Source: a virus (Duplodnaviria; Caudoviricetes). From it: a DNA stretch of 47,406 nt. The number at the start of each line of letters is the position of its first letter. The first letter of the stretch is position 1. Shown one piece after another: positions 27,927-37,247 of the stretch. Both the position numbers and the translations under genes were made by a program. The notes beneath the pieces are model-generated. The model was given only the letters and a program-made list of their open reading frames with translations, did not search any database and was not told the DNA's origin. The DNA lies in the IMG/VR virus record IMGVR_UViG_3300024951_000014, positions 1 through 47,406 of that record. One strand, written 5' to 3'.

Positions 27927-29093
27927 ATGAGTTTCTTTCACGGCGTCACCACCACGTTGATCGACACTGGTGCGCGGACGATTTCGCTGCCGTCCTCGTC
28001 GATCATCGGCCTGTGCGACACCTTCACCCCGGGTTTGATCGGCGGCGGTACGGCCAAGGCGGGTGAGTTGGTATTGCTCACCTCTGAGGGCGAAGCCATT
28101 GCAGCATTCGGTGCTGGGTCGGCGATCGCCAAGGCGGCAGCTGCAATCTATGTCCGGGCCAAGGCGGTGATCGTTGCCATCGGCGTGCCCAAGCTGGAAG
28201 ACGCCGCGTTGCAAACGTCCGCCATCATCGGCGGTGTTCTCGCCAATGGTCAACGTACCGGTCTGCAAGCACTGCTGGACGGCAAGAGTAAACATAATGC
28301 CCAGCCGAAGCTGGTGATCGCGCCGAAGCATTCCGCCACGCAAGCGGTAGCGACAGCCATGGATGCGCTGGCCGGCAAGTTGCGTGCGATTGGCATCATC
28401 GACGGACCGAACACCACCGATGAAGCCGCCATGGCTTATGCCCTGGAGTTCGGCAGCAAGCGCCTGTACATGGTCGATCCCGGCGTGCAGTTCTGGGACA
28501 CGATCGTCAGCGCAACAGTCGATGCCCCGGCTTCGGCTTGGGTCGCGGGCTTGTTCGCCTGGACCGATGCGAACTACGGCTATTGGGCGTCGCCGTCGAA
28601 CAAGGAGTTTGTCGGCATCACTGGGACCACTCGCCCGATCGAATACCTGGACGGTGATGAGACCTGCCGGGCCAACCTGCTGAACAACGCGAACATTGCC
28701 ACGATCACCCGGGACGGTGGTTATCGCCTATGGGGCAACCGCACGTTGTCCAGCGATCCGAAATGGGCATTCGTCACCCGCGTGCGCACCTGCGACATCC
28801 TCATGGATGCGATTCAGGCGGGGCACAAATGGGCGGTCGATCGCTCGATCACCAAGACCTATGTGCAGGACGTCACCGAAGGCCTTCAAGCGTTCATGCG
28901 CGATCAGAAGAACGCCGGCGCGGTGATCAACTTCGAGGTCTACCCGGACAAGGAAAAGAACACGGCCAGCCAGATCGAGCAGGGCAAAATTTTTTGGCGC
29001 ATTCGCTTTACCGATGTGCCGCCAGCAGAAAACCCGAATTTCCTCATTGAAGTCACCAACGAATGGTTGACCGAAGTTCTTGAAACCGCCTAA
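27927..29093 (+). CDS. Contractile tail sheath (FI-like)
   Basis: MSFFHGV, WASPSN and GYRLWGNRT. Confidence 0.95.
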   Translation: MSFFHGVTTTLIDTGARTISLPSSSIIGLCDTFTPGLIGGGTAKAGELVLLTSEGEAIAAFGAGSAIAKAAAAIYVRAKAVIVAIGVPKLEDAALQTSAIIGGVLANGQRTGLQALLDGKSKHNAQPKLVIAPKHSATQAVATAMDALAGKLRAIGIIDGPNTTDEAAMAYALEFGSKRLYMVDPGVQFWDTIVSATVDAPASAWVAGLFAWTDANYGYWASPSNKEFVGITGTTRPIEYLDGDETCRANLLNNANIATITRDGGYRLWGNRTLSSDPKWAFVTRVRTCDILMDAIQAGHKWAVDRSITKTYVQDVTEGLQAFMRDQKNAGAVINFEVYPDKEKNTASQIEQGKIFWRIRFTDVPPAENPNFLIEVTNEWLTEVLETA

Positions 29094-29105
29094 GGGGGCC
29101 GCTCA

Positions 29106-29609
29106 ATGATTCCTCAAGTTCTCTCCGGCATGAATGCGTTCGTCGACGGTGTGAGTTTTTCCGGCGACGTGCCCACGTTGTCACTGCCCAAGCTGACCCA
29201 AAAGACCGATGACTATCAGGGCGGTGGTATGTCCGCCCCGGTTGAAATGGGTATGGGTATGGAAAAGCTCGAAGCGGCATTTACCACCAACGGCGTGCGT
29301 CGCGAGTCGTTGAAGTACTTCGGCCTGGCTGACCAGACCGCTTGCACCATCGTTTTTCGTGGCGCCTTCCGGGGGCTGAAAGGAGCGGTCACGCCGGTGG
29401 TAGTGACCCTGCGCGGTGGCATCAAAGAAGTCGACATGGGCGATTGGAAGTCGGGCGACAAGGCCGAAATCAAGCATGCGATCAAGGCCGTTTACTACAA
29501 GCTCGAAATCGACGGTCGCGTCATGTACGAGATCGATCCCATCAACATGATTCAGGTGATTGACGGTGTCGATCAGCTGGCTGCAGAACGCTCGGCCCTG
29601 GGCCTTTAA
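29106..29609 (+). CDS. Tail tube (FII-like)
   Basis: LPKLT.KT..Y.GGGM and YYKLEIDG...YEID. Confidence 0.93.
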   Translation: MIPQVLSGMNAFVDGVSFSGDVPTLSLPKLTQKTDDYQGGGMSAPVEMGMGMEKLEAAFTTNGVRRESLKYFGLADQTACTIVFRGAFRGLKGAVTPVVVTLRGGIKEVDMGDWKSGDKAEIKHAIKAVYYKLEIDGRVMYEIDPINMIQVIDGVDQLAAERSALGL

Positions 29610-29621
29610 GGACGCACGAAC

Positions 29622-29933
29622 ATGACACAAGTAAGCCTGAACAAGCCGCTGCCGAAGTGGCTGGAGCTCACCGACGACGGCGTTACCGTAACGCTCGCCT
29701 ATAAGAGCACCATCATGGGCGTGCAGGTCGACAAGTTGTCGATGCGCGCGCCCAGCGTGAAGGACATGGAGGCGGCCAAGGCGGCCGGCGGTGGTGAATA
29801 CGACAAGATGGAAAAGAACCTCTTTTGCAGCTTGCTCACGGCCACCGACGCGGATCTGGCCGGCCTGAAGATCAAGGACTACAACCGCTTGCAGGCCGGC
29901 TATTTTCGTCTGGTTGAAGAAGACGACCTGTAA
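29622..29933 (+). CDS. Tail assembly chaperone (gpE-like)
   Basis: MRAPSVKD and L...DY.RLQ; between the tube and tape measure genes. Confidence 0.88.
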   Translation: MTQVSLNKPLPKWLELTDDGVTVTLAYKSTIMGVQVDKLSMRAPSVKDMEAAKAAGGGEYDKMEKNLFCSLLTATDADLAGLKIKDYNRLQAGYFRLVEEDDL

Positions 29934-30045
29934 CGAAGCCACGTTGAAGACGCTGGCCCGACGCTTGGCCAAAGAGACCGGTTTCTCGGCGGCCGAGATC
30001 AAGGCCATGCCGTTTTCGGAAATGGTGTGGTGGCTCACGGATTGA
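29905..30045 (+). CDS. GpE'-like frameshift extension (...LARRLAKETGFSAAEIKAMPFSEMVWWLTD)
   Basis: Open +1 frame overlapping the gpE end; F....I..M...E..WW pattern; no ATG of its own at the 5' end. Confidence 0.65.
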   Translation, partial: FVWLKKTTCNEATLKTLARRLAKETGFSAAEIKAMPFSEMVWWLTD

Positions 30046-30081
30046 GCCGCCTTTGATTGACCCGACGTAAAGGGCACGCAC

Positions 30082-32679
30082 ATGTCGAACAAACTCGCGC
30101 TCGGCCTGGTGATTGGCGGGGCGGTCAGCTCTACCGTGGGTTCGGCGTTTAAGGATGTCTCCGGTCGCATCAAGCGCCTTGAGGCCGAGGGCCAAAAAGC
30201 CCGGGTACTGGAAAAGACCATTGGCGACACCATCCGTCTGCGCGATGAATGGCGTAAGGCGCACATGGCTGGCGACAAGGGCGCTTCCGCCTTGTTGGGC
30301 AAGCTGGAAACCAACCTCAGCAGCCTGAAGAAACAGGGCGTCGCGGTTCGCGATCTGGCTAAGGCTTACAACAGCATGGGGCAGGCGGCGGCCAAGGCCG
30401 AGTTCAAGGCCAAGGGTCACCAGCAAATCGACGAGGGCAAGCAACAGCTTAAAAGCAGCATCGGTCAGGCGGCGGCCGCCACGGCGGCGATGGCCATTCC
30501 GACCAAGGTCAGCGCGGACTATGGCGCGATCATTCGTGACATTGCGATCAAGTCGAACATTGCCAACAAGTCCGAAGAAGCGCAGATGTCGAGGAAGATT
30601 ATCGACACGTCGCGTGACACCGGGATGGCGCGTAACCAGGTGGCCGAGGTGGTTAACGCGTTGGTGGGCGCCGGTATGGAGTTGGACAAAGCCATGCAGT
30701 ACGCCCCAACAGCGGCCAAGTTTGCCGTGGGCCAAGGCGCGGACGGCGGCGAAACGGCGCGCATGATCAACGCCCTGGGGCAGAACGCCAAGATTTCCGA
30801 TCCGGCGGTGATGCAGAAAGCGCTGGAGGCGATCGCCTATCAAGGCCAGGCAGGCAGCTTTGAAGCGGCTGACATGGCGCGCTGGTTCCCCGAACTGCTG
30901 GCCAACATGGGCAATATGAAGATCTACGGTATGGACGCCGTAACCCAACTGGGTTCGATGCTGCAGGTGCAGATGAAGACGGCCGGCGGCGCCGATGAGG
31001 CGGCCAACAACCTGAAGAACTGGATCGGAAAGATCGGCTCGGGAGATACGGTTGATGCCTATAAAAAGGCCGGGATCGACTATCAAGGTTCGATGAACAC
31101 CGGCCTGCAGAACGGAAAATCGACGCTGGAATCCAGCTTTGAACTGGCCCAAAAATACATCGCGGCGACGGATCCGAAGAAGGCTGCCGCCATGGCCAAA
31201 GCCACGGCGGAGATCAGCAAGGAGACCGATCCGGAAAAAGCCAAGGGCATGGTCGTCGCACTTGAGGAAGCTCTGCGAACCGGTGATTTGTTCTCGGACA
31301 TGCAGGTTAAGGCCGCCTTGACTGCCTACATGCAGAACAAGGATTTGTACACCAAGTTGAAATCGGAGTCGGCCAGTGCCACCGGGATCTTGGACAAGAA
31401 CCTGGAGGAGCGCCGGCAGTCGTCAGCGCAGAAGTGGTCGGAAATGGCTCAGTCTATGGACGACGCCATGCGCGCGATCGGCGATGCCTTCCGGCCTGTC
31501 ACGGACAGGGTGGCGGATGGGGTGCGCACGGCCTCCCAGGCGTTGGCCAAGCTCTCTGATGAATCGCCGCGGCTGGTGACGGGGATCGGTGCGGCGGTGG
31601 CCGCCGTGATCGCCTTTCAGTCGGCGATGAGCACCTTCAAGATCGCCAAGGGCCTGCTGAACATTGGCCGCGGCTCGATGATGGGCAATCCGAACATCCC
31701 GCAAAAAGTCATTGTGGTGGGCGGCGGGATGGGCAGCGGTGGCGGGCTGGATGCCGGCGACCTCGATGTTGATGGCAAGGAGAAGAAGGGCGGCAAAGGG
31801 GGCAAGGCGGGCAAAGGTGGGGGCGGCGGTGGCGGTAGCGGCGTCAAGGGCGTGATTAAAGGCGCGACGGTGTTCGCTGTGGCCGAAGCGGGCTACAAGG
31901 CCATCGACACCTATCAGAACGCCGAGACACAGGATGAGAAGGCCGAAGGCTACGGCGCCGCCGCCGGTGGGCTGGCCGGTACACTGGGCGGTGCGGCGGC
32001 GGGGGCAGCCCTTGGCACGCTGCTGTTTCCTGTGGTCGGGACCGCGATTGGTGGTCTGATCGGCGGGGTGCTCGGCAGCATGGGTGGCGACGCCCTGGGC
32101 GGTTACATCGGCAAGTCGCTGTTTGGTGGCGACGATGCGCTGAAGAGCATGCCGGCGGCCGGGCCGCTGATGATGGCCAACGCCGGGCAGAACATTGCGC
32201 CGGTGATGGGCGACATCGCCAAGTCGTTCGACACGGCGCCCAAAGCGTTTGAACCACCACCGGCGCCACCTGTGTCGTATGACCCGCGCGACCTCAACTC
32301 GAAAGACGCCATGCTGCTGCCGCACTTTGCCAACAAGGTGCGCTTTCCGGGCTCTGAGCTGCGTCGGCCCAAAGTCATTCGCTCCGGTCTGGAAGATCCT
32401 GCGCCGCAACCGGGGGACGCCGCGCGCGCCATGATGTTGCCGCCAGCCAGTGCCGACGCGGCGATGGCGGCGGGGCCGCTGGCCTTGGCGCCGAAGCCTG
32501 CCCCGACCACGGTCGAGACCAAAGTGGACATTCAGGCGCCGTTCAACCTGGTGGTCAATGGCGACGTGAAGGACGCGGCGACGCTCTACGGCCAGCTCAA
32601 GCCCTTGCTCGATCAGCACTATCGCGACATGGCCAAGCAAGCCAGCAGCACCAAGCTGTACGACGAACCGCACGTTTAA
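30082..32679 (+). CDS. Tail tape measure protein
   Basis: 865 aa, Ala/Gly-rich, helical; follows the chaperones. Confidence 0.92.
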   Translation: MSNKLALGLVIGGAVSSTVGSAFKDVSGRIKRLEAEGQKARVLEKTIGDTIRLRDEWRKAHMAGDKGASALLGKLETNLSSLKKQGVAVRDLAKAYNSMGQAAAKAEFKAKGHQQIDEGKQQLKSSIGQAAAATAAMAIPTKVSADYGAIIRDIAIKSNIANKSEEAQMSRKIIDTSRDTGMARNQVAEVVNALVGAGMELDKAMQYAPTAAKFAVGQGADGGETARMINALGQNAKISDPAVMQKALEAIAYQGQAGSFEAADMARWFPELLANMGNMKIYGMDAVTQLGSMLQVQMKTAGGADEAANNLKNWIGKIGSGDTVDAYKKAGIDYQGSMNTGLQNGKSTLESSFELAQKYIAATDPKKAAAMAKATAEISKETDPEKAKGMVVALEEALRTGDLFSDMQVKAALTAYMQNKDLYTKLKSESASATGILDKNLEERRQSSAQKWSEMAQSMDDAMRAIGDAFRPVTDRVADGVRTASQALAKLSDESPRLVTGIGAAVAAVIAFQSAMSTFKIAKGLLNIGRGSMMGNPNIPQKVIVVGGGMGSGGGLDAGDLDVDGKEKKGGKGGKAGKGGGGGGGSGVKGVIKGATVFAVAEAGYKAIDTYQNAETQDEKAEGYGAAAGGLAGTLGGAAAGAALGTLLFPVVGTAIGGLIGGVLGSMGGDALGGYIGKSLFGGDDALKSMPAAGPLMMANAGQNIAPVMGDIAKSFDTAPKAFEPPPAPPVSYDPRDLNSKDAMLLPHFANKVRFPGSELRRPKVIRSGLEDPAPQPGDAARAMMLPPASADAAMAAGPLALAPKPAPTTVETKVDIQAPFNLVVNGDVKDAATLYGQLKPLLDQHYRDMAKQASSTKLYDEPHV

Positions 32680-32691
32680 TCAGGGGGGCAT

Positions 32692-33552
32692 ATGTCTGAT
32701 CAGGAAACGACAGCAGTGCAGAAGTTACAGTCGGGGTTGAAATACCTCGCGTCGGCCGGCGAGACCGGTCGGCGCAGCTTGGACGGCATGCTGGGGCCAA
32801 TGAATGGCGCGATCGGGGAAATCACCGGGGCCGCGTCCGAGCTGGAGGATCTGCCCTTTGTCGGACCGGCGGTCGGGGCCAAGCTTCAGCGTGTGATGCG
32901 TGGGGTGCAGGCCGCTCAGGCCAAGGTCGGTCAAGTAGTGAGCATGTACAACAAAGCCAGTCGCGCGCTGTCGGGGATCGACGAGCGCCTGACCACGCTG
33001 AAGGCACAGGCAGCTCGGGCTGCCTCGGCGATAAGCAAGATCGCCGGCAAGGTCAGCCCGGCGCTGACCAACGTGCTGCCGTCGTGGGCGTTCGTCACGG
33101 ACGGCACGCCGGCGCCGGAGGCGGTGAAGCCGTTTCCGCACCTGTTGATCCTTCAGCCGCTCGACCCCAAGGCGCAGCCGTATTACTTCAACCTCGACAC
33201 CGCGGCTTTTGATTCACTGCGTCGCTCGACCGAATTCCGCTGGGCCTCTCAGGAGCGCCTGTCGCGTCGGCCGGCACAACAAGGCGTTGGCATGGGCGAC
33301 GAGAAAATCACGCTCAAGGGCCAGATTTTTCCGGGCTTCAAGGGCGGTTTGAAGCAGCTAGACACGCTGCGCACGATCGGCGGCCGACTTCAGCCGCTGA
33401 CGCTGACCACGGGCTATGGCGATGTGCTCGGCACCTGGTGCCTGAAGAGCGTCGACGAAGATCAAAGCGCGCTGATGCAAGGCGGAATACCGCGTAAACA
33501 AGAGTTCACCCTGGAGTTTGTGCGCTATGGCGACGACATGCAGAACGTCTGA
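32692..33552 (+). CDS. Tail protein U-like with N-terminal helical extension
   Basis: RW.SQERL.RRPA.Q..G.G...ITL.G and PRKQEFTLEF. Confidence 0.85.
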   Translation: MSDQETTAVQKLQSGLKYLASAGETGRRSLDGMLGPMNGAIGEITGAASELEDLPFVGPAVGAKLQRVMRGVQAAQAKVGQVVSMYNKASRALSGIDERLTTLKAQAARAASAISKIAGKVSPALTNVLPSWAFVTDGTPAPEAVKPFPHLLILQPLDPKAQPYYFNLDTAAFDSLRRSTEFRWASQERLSRRPAQQGVGMGDEKITLKGQIFPGFKGGLKQLDTLRTIGGRLQPLTLTTGYGDVLGTWCLKSVDEDQSALMQGGIPRKQEFTLEFVRYGDDMQNV

Positions 33553-33733
33553 CGGGGATTTGCTCGACACCATTTGCCATAACTTCTATGGCCACCTCAA
33601 CGGCAGCGTCGAGGCAGTGCTTGATGCCAATCAGGGGCTGGCCGAGGAAGAGCAGCCATTCCGCACCGGCTTGCTCATTGTGTTGCCGGATCTGCCGAGC
33701 CCGGTCATCGAGGCGGTCACGCTGTGGGACTGA
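33527..33733 (+). CDS. Tail protein X (LysM-like)
   Basis: GD.LD.IC...YG...VL.AN.GLA and LWD end. Confidence 0.9.
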   Translation: MATTCRTSDGDLLDTICHNFYGHLNGSVEAVLDANQGLAEEEQPFRTGLLIVLPDLPSPVIEAVTLWD

Positions 33734-33832
33734 CCCCGTCCGGAGTCGCCGCCGGCGCCGGTGCCTGATCGCGTTACGCGTAACGCCCATCCCCCCCAAA
33801 TCCGCCTGTGCGGGTTTTTTTGGACACATTCC

Positions 33833-34879
33833 ATGACTCCCATGTTTCGCGTCGTCGCTGATGGTGCCGACATTACCGGCTTGATAAATGATCGGTTGAT
33901 CCAGCTCAGAACCACGGACAAACCTGGCATGGACTCTGACGAGTTCGAGTTGCGCATTGATGACCGTGACGGACTGGTGACGCTACCCCGGAAAGGCGTT
34001 GGGATCGAGATTTACCTGGGCTATGTCGAGACAGGGCTGGCCCGTTTTGGGCGTTACGTGGTCGACGACGTCGAAGTCTCTGGCCCGCCGGACACGATCG
34101 TGATCAAGGGTAAGGCCAGCGACATGCGCGGCAGCGGCAAGACCATTCGCAGTGGAAGTTGGGAAGACGTGCCACTGTCGAAAATTGTGGGCGATATAGC
34201 CGCGCGTAACGGCTGGGAACCAGGGTGCCCGGTGGCGACGAAAGTCGCCCGGGCGGACCAGCTCAGCGAGTCCGATTTCAATTTCATCACGCGCCTGGCT
34301 AGGCAGTACGACTGCACGGCCAAGGTCGCGGACGGCAAGTTGCTGGTGATGCCGCGACAAGGTGGGCAGAGCGCGAGCGGCAAGACATTCGGCGCGATCA
34401 CCATCACGCGCAAAGACGTCAGCCGCTGGAAGTTCCGCCTGGGCGATCGCAACACGCACGGCAAGGTGGCCACCAAACACCAGGACAAAAAGGGCGGCAA
34501 GCTCTCGGTGGTATCCCTGGACAATGACGACGTGCCGGACGGCCTGCCCTCGGTGCACACCGATCGGCACATTCACCCGAACAAGACCGCCGCCGAGTCT
34601 GCGGCCAAGGCACGCTTGGCAGCCTTCAACCGCTCCAGCGCAGAAGTGCGGCTTGAAATGGACGGTCGCACGGATCTGTTTGCCGAGCGGCCGATCAATG
34701 CCCAGGGCTTCAAGGTTGGGCTCGATGGCGAGTATCTGGCGGATTCAGTGGAGCAGGTTTACACCCAAGCCGGGTGGTCAACCACGGTCGAATGCAACGG
34801 CGGCAACAAGGGCAAAGCCAAAGTCAAAGGCAATAAAAAGAAGGAGGTGAAGCCGGTCAAGGTTGTAAGTCTCGCATAG
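33833..34879 (+). CDS. Late control / baseplate hub protein D
   Basis: D..G..SDEF...IDDRDG and Q.SESD.NF.TRLA. Confidence 0.92.
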   Translation: MTPMFRVVADGADITGLINDRLIQLRTTDKPGMDSDEFELRIDDRDGLVTLPRKGVGIEIYLGYVETGLARFGRYVVDDVEVSGPPDTIVIKGKASDMRGSGKTIRSGSWEDVPLSKIVGDIAARNGWEPGCPVATKVARADQLSESDFNFITRLARQYDCTAKVADGKLLVMPRQGGQSASGKTFGAITITRKDVSRWKFRLGDRNTHGKVATKHQDKKGGKLSVVSLDNDDVPDGLPSVHTDRHIHPNKTAAESAAKARLAAFNRSSAEVRLEMDGRTDLFAERPINAQGFKVGLDGEYLADSVEQVYTQAGWSTTVECNGGNKGKAKVKGNKKKEVKPVKVVSLA

Positions 34880-34934
34880 CGCCGCAGCGCACCAATCATC
34901 CGCCGAGTGCGGTTTTTTTATGCCTGGAGTTTGT

Positions 34935-35498
34935 ATGTCCATCACTGAGCAACAGCTACAACGCATCATGCCCAACGCCCGCCGCCAAGCGGGCGTTTTT
35001 GTCTCTGTCCTCAATGCCGCCATGGTCCACCGGCAAATCGATACGCCCAAGCGTCAGGCCGCGTTCCTGGCCCAGCTCGGGCACGAATCCGGTCAACTGC
35101 AGTACGTCCGCGAGTTAGGCGGCGATCAGTACCTGAGCAAGTACGACACCGGCAATCTGGCGGTGAGGCTGGGCAACACCCCGGAAGCGGACGGTGATGG
35201 CCAGCGCTATCGCGGTCGCGGCCTGATCCAGATCACCGGCCGTAGCAACTATCGCCTATGCAGCCTGGCCCTGTTCGATGACGAGCGCTTGTTGCGCACT
35301 CCTGAGCTGCTCGAACTGCCGCAATGGGCCGCCGAATCCGCCGCCTGGTTCTGGGCGCAAAACGGCCTCAACGAACTGGCCGACCGTGGCCAGTTCAATA
35401 GCATCACCCGCCGGATCAACGGTGGACTGAATGGTTTGCAAGATCGGTTGCAGCTGTGGGAGCGGGCGAGGGCAGTGTTATGCGTCTCGTCGACCTGA
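34935..35498 (+). CDS. GH19 endolysin
   Basis: AAFLAQ.GHESG, YRGRGLIQITGR.NY and TRRINGG.NG..DR. Confidence 0.95.
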   Translation: MSITEQQLQRIMPNARRQAGVFVSVLNAAMVHRQIDTPKRQAAFLAQLGHESGQLQYVRELGGDQYLSKYDTGNLAVRLGNTPEADGDGQRYRGRGLIQITGRSNYRLCSLALFDDERLLRTPELLELPQWAAESAAWFWAQNGLNELADRGQFNSITRRINGGLNGLQDRLQLWERARAVLCVSST

Positions 35499-36019
35499 TC
35501 CCGGCTCCGTATCGGCTGCTCGCGGTGGGTGTGTTGTTGGCCGCGCTTGTCGGTGGCTCTGCCGCGATCACCTGGCAGGTTCAAGACTGGCGCTACGGCC
35601 AGCAACTGGAACAACAAGCCCGCCTGCAGGCGGAAACCCTCAACCAATTGGCCATAACCGCAGCGGCACAACAACGTGCCGAGCAAGACAAACGCCTGGC
35701 GCTCGAGCAGCGTCTTTCAGTCAGCGAACAAACCCATTACCGAGTCCTGAGCGATGCCCAACGTGATCAAGGTCGCCTGCGCGACCGCCTTGCCACTGCT
35801 GATGTGCGCCTGTCAGTCCTACTCGACGCCACCGAGTCAGCCAGCGGCTGCGCAGTGCCAGCCGCCACCGCAACCGGCAGCGTGGTTCATGGCCCCACAA
35901 GAGCCCAACTTGACCCAGCACATGCTCAACGAATTATCGGCATCACCGACGCCGGCGATCGAGGATTGATCGCCTTGGCGGCCTGCCAGGCCTATGCCAA
36001 AGAAGTCTCAACGAAGTGA
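35480..36019 (+). CDS. Rz-like i-spanin
   Basis: N-terminal TM, coiled coil and L.ACQAY end. Confidence 0.88.
   Translation: MRLVDLIPAPYRLLAVGVLLAALVGGSAAITWQVQDWRYGQQLEQQARLQAETLNQLAITAAAQQRAEQDKRLALEQRLSVSEQTHYRVLSDAQRDQGRLRDRLATADVRLSVLLDATESASGCAVPAATATGSVVHGPTRAQLDPAHAQRIIGITDAGDRGLIALAACQAYAKEVSTK
35754..35969 (+). CDS. Rz1-like o-spanin embedded in Rz
   Basis: Lipobox LLMCAC followed by Pro-rich PPPQPAAWFM; nested in an alternative frame. Confidence 0.8.
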   Translation: MPNVIKVACATALPLLMCACQSYSTPPSQPAAAQCQPPPQPAAWFMAPQEPNLTQHMLNELSASPTPAIED

Positions 36020-36136
36020 AAAAGAGCGACCGGAGTGGATGCGTCAACATCCATCCCGGCCGCCGTCCCTGCAGATTGTCCCTGCAAGTCCAGCCAAGGC
36101 TCTTGCTTCGTGCACAAAGCGCGGCGAGCCTAGCAC

Positions 36137-36152
36137 CTGTTTATCCATACAG
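36137..36152 (+). promoter_or_regulatory. LexA (SOS) box
   Basis: CTGTTTATCCATACAG = CTG-N10-CAG, 17 nt before the adenine MTase ATG. Confidence 0.65.
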
Positions 36153-36169
36153 TAAAGGTCTTGCTCTCA

Positions 36170-36964
36170 ATGTCCACACCCATCATCCCTTGGATGGGCG
36201 GCAAACGCCGCCTGGCCGATCGCCTCATCCCGCTTTTTCCACCACACGAATGCTACGTCGAAGTCTTTGCCGGCGGTGCCGCGCTGTACTTCATGCGTCC
36301 CCAGGCCGCGCCGGTTGAAGTCCTCAACGACATCAACGGCGACCTGGTCACGCTGTACCGCGTCGTGCAGAACCACCTCGAAGAGTTCGTGCGCCAGTTC
36401 AAATGGGCGTTGAGCTCGCGCCAGGTGTTCGAATGGCAGAAGATGACCCGCCCTGAAACCCTCACCGACATCCAGCGCGCCGCCCGATTCTTCTATTTGC
36501 AGCACCATGCCTTCGCCGGCAAGGTCACCGGACAAACGTTCGGTACCGCGACCACCGGCCCGGCCATCAACCTGCTGCGGATCGAGGAAAACCTCTCGGC
36601 CGCCTGGCAGCGTCTATCGGGTACTTACGTGGAAAACCTGCCCTGGCTTGAATGCGTCGAACGCTACGACCGTGCCCACACCTTCCACTACATGGACCCG
36701 CCTTATTGGCAAACCGCCGGCTATGGCGTGGACTTTCCGTTTGAGAACTACGAGCGGATGGCCGACTTCATGCGCCGATGCAAAGGCAAGGTGATGGTCA
36801 GCATCAACGATCACCCGGATATCCGGCGAGTGTTCGAGGGGTTCCACTTTGAAACCTTGGATATCCGTTACACCACCACTAATCAGCGGCAGGGAAAGGC
36901 CGAAGTCAGTGGTGAGCTGGTGATCATGAATTGGGAGCCGGCGGCGTTGGGCGGACTGTTCTGA
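36170..36964 (+). CDS. DNA adenine methyltransferase (D12/Dam-like class)
   Basis: W.GGKR, YVEVFAGG, LNDIN and MDPPY. Confidence 0.93.
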   Translation: MSTPIIPWMGGKRRLADRLIPLFPPHECYVEVFAGGAALYFMRPQAAPVEVLNDINGDLVTLYRVVQNHLEEFVRQFKWALSSRQVFEWQKMTRPETLTDIQRAARFFYLQHHAFAGKVTGQTFGTATTGPAINLLRIEENLSAAWQRLSGTYVENLPWLECVERYDRAHTFHYMDPPYWQTAGYGVDFPFENYERMADFMRRCKGKVMVSINDHPDIRRVFEGFHFETLDIRYTTTNQRQGKAEVSGELVIMNWEPAALGGLF

Positions 36965-37055
36965 TCACCAAAAAGGGAATCCTGGAGAGCCGAGCCTGTT
37001 AGTCCTCCAACACAATTTTTGGTGAACTGTCCCTGCGTCTGTAGAGAATTTGAGC

Positions 37056-37113
37056 GATTACTATTGGCCGATTCCTACCTTTCGCGACGGGCTGCATTCG
37101 GCCAAAAGCAGCC
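37056..37113. repeat. Double 24-bp inverted-arm site A (TGGCCG / CGGCCA cores)
   Basis: gattactat-TGGCCG-attcctacc, linker tttcgcgacg, ggctgcatt-CGGCCA-aaagcagcc. Confidence 0.7.
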
Positions 37114-37247
37114 ACTGATGGAGTAACGAAAAATGCGAGCTAAGCTTGCTTCTACTGTGTATTGGCAACAGCCTCAGCCCATCACAATGGCTGGCTCCCT
37201 CGGGCAAGCGACCCATAGCGCCAAGCAGAAGCATTCAAGGAGGCCGC

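Noticed and set aside
31722-32130. Gly-rich low-complexity stretch in the tape measure gene
   Set aside because: Ordinary for tape measure proteins.
11201-32673. Long antisense ORFs (e.g. 11201-12499, 17608-18516, 21162-22151, 29872-31152, 31423-32673)
   Set aside because: Shadow frames of GC-rich genes with no recognisable motifs.
22704-36019. R-type pyocin/tailocin cluster
   Set aside because: Terminase, portal, capsid, replication and integrase genes are present, so this is a prophage.
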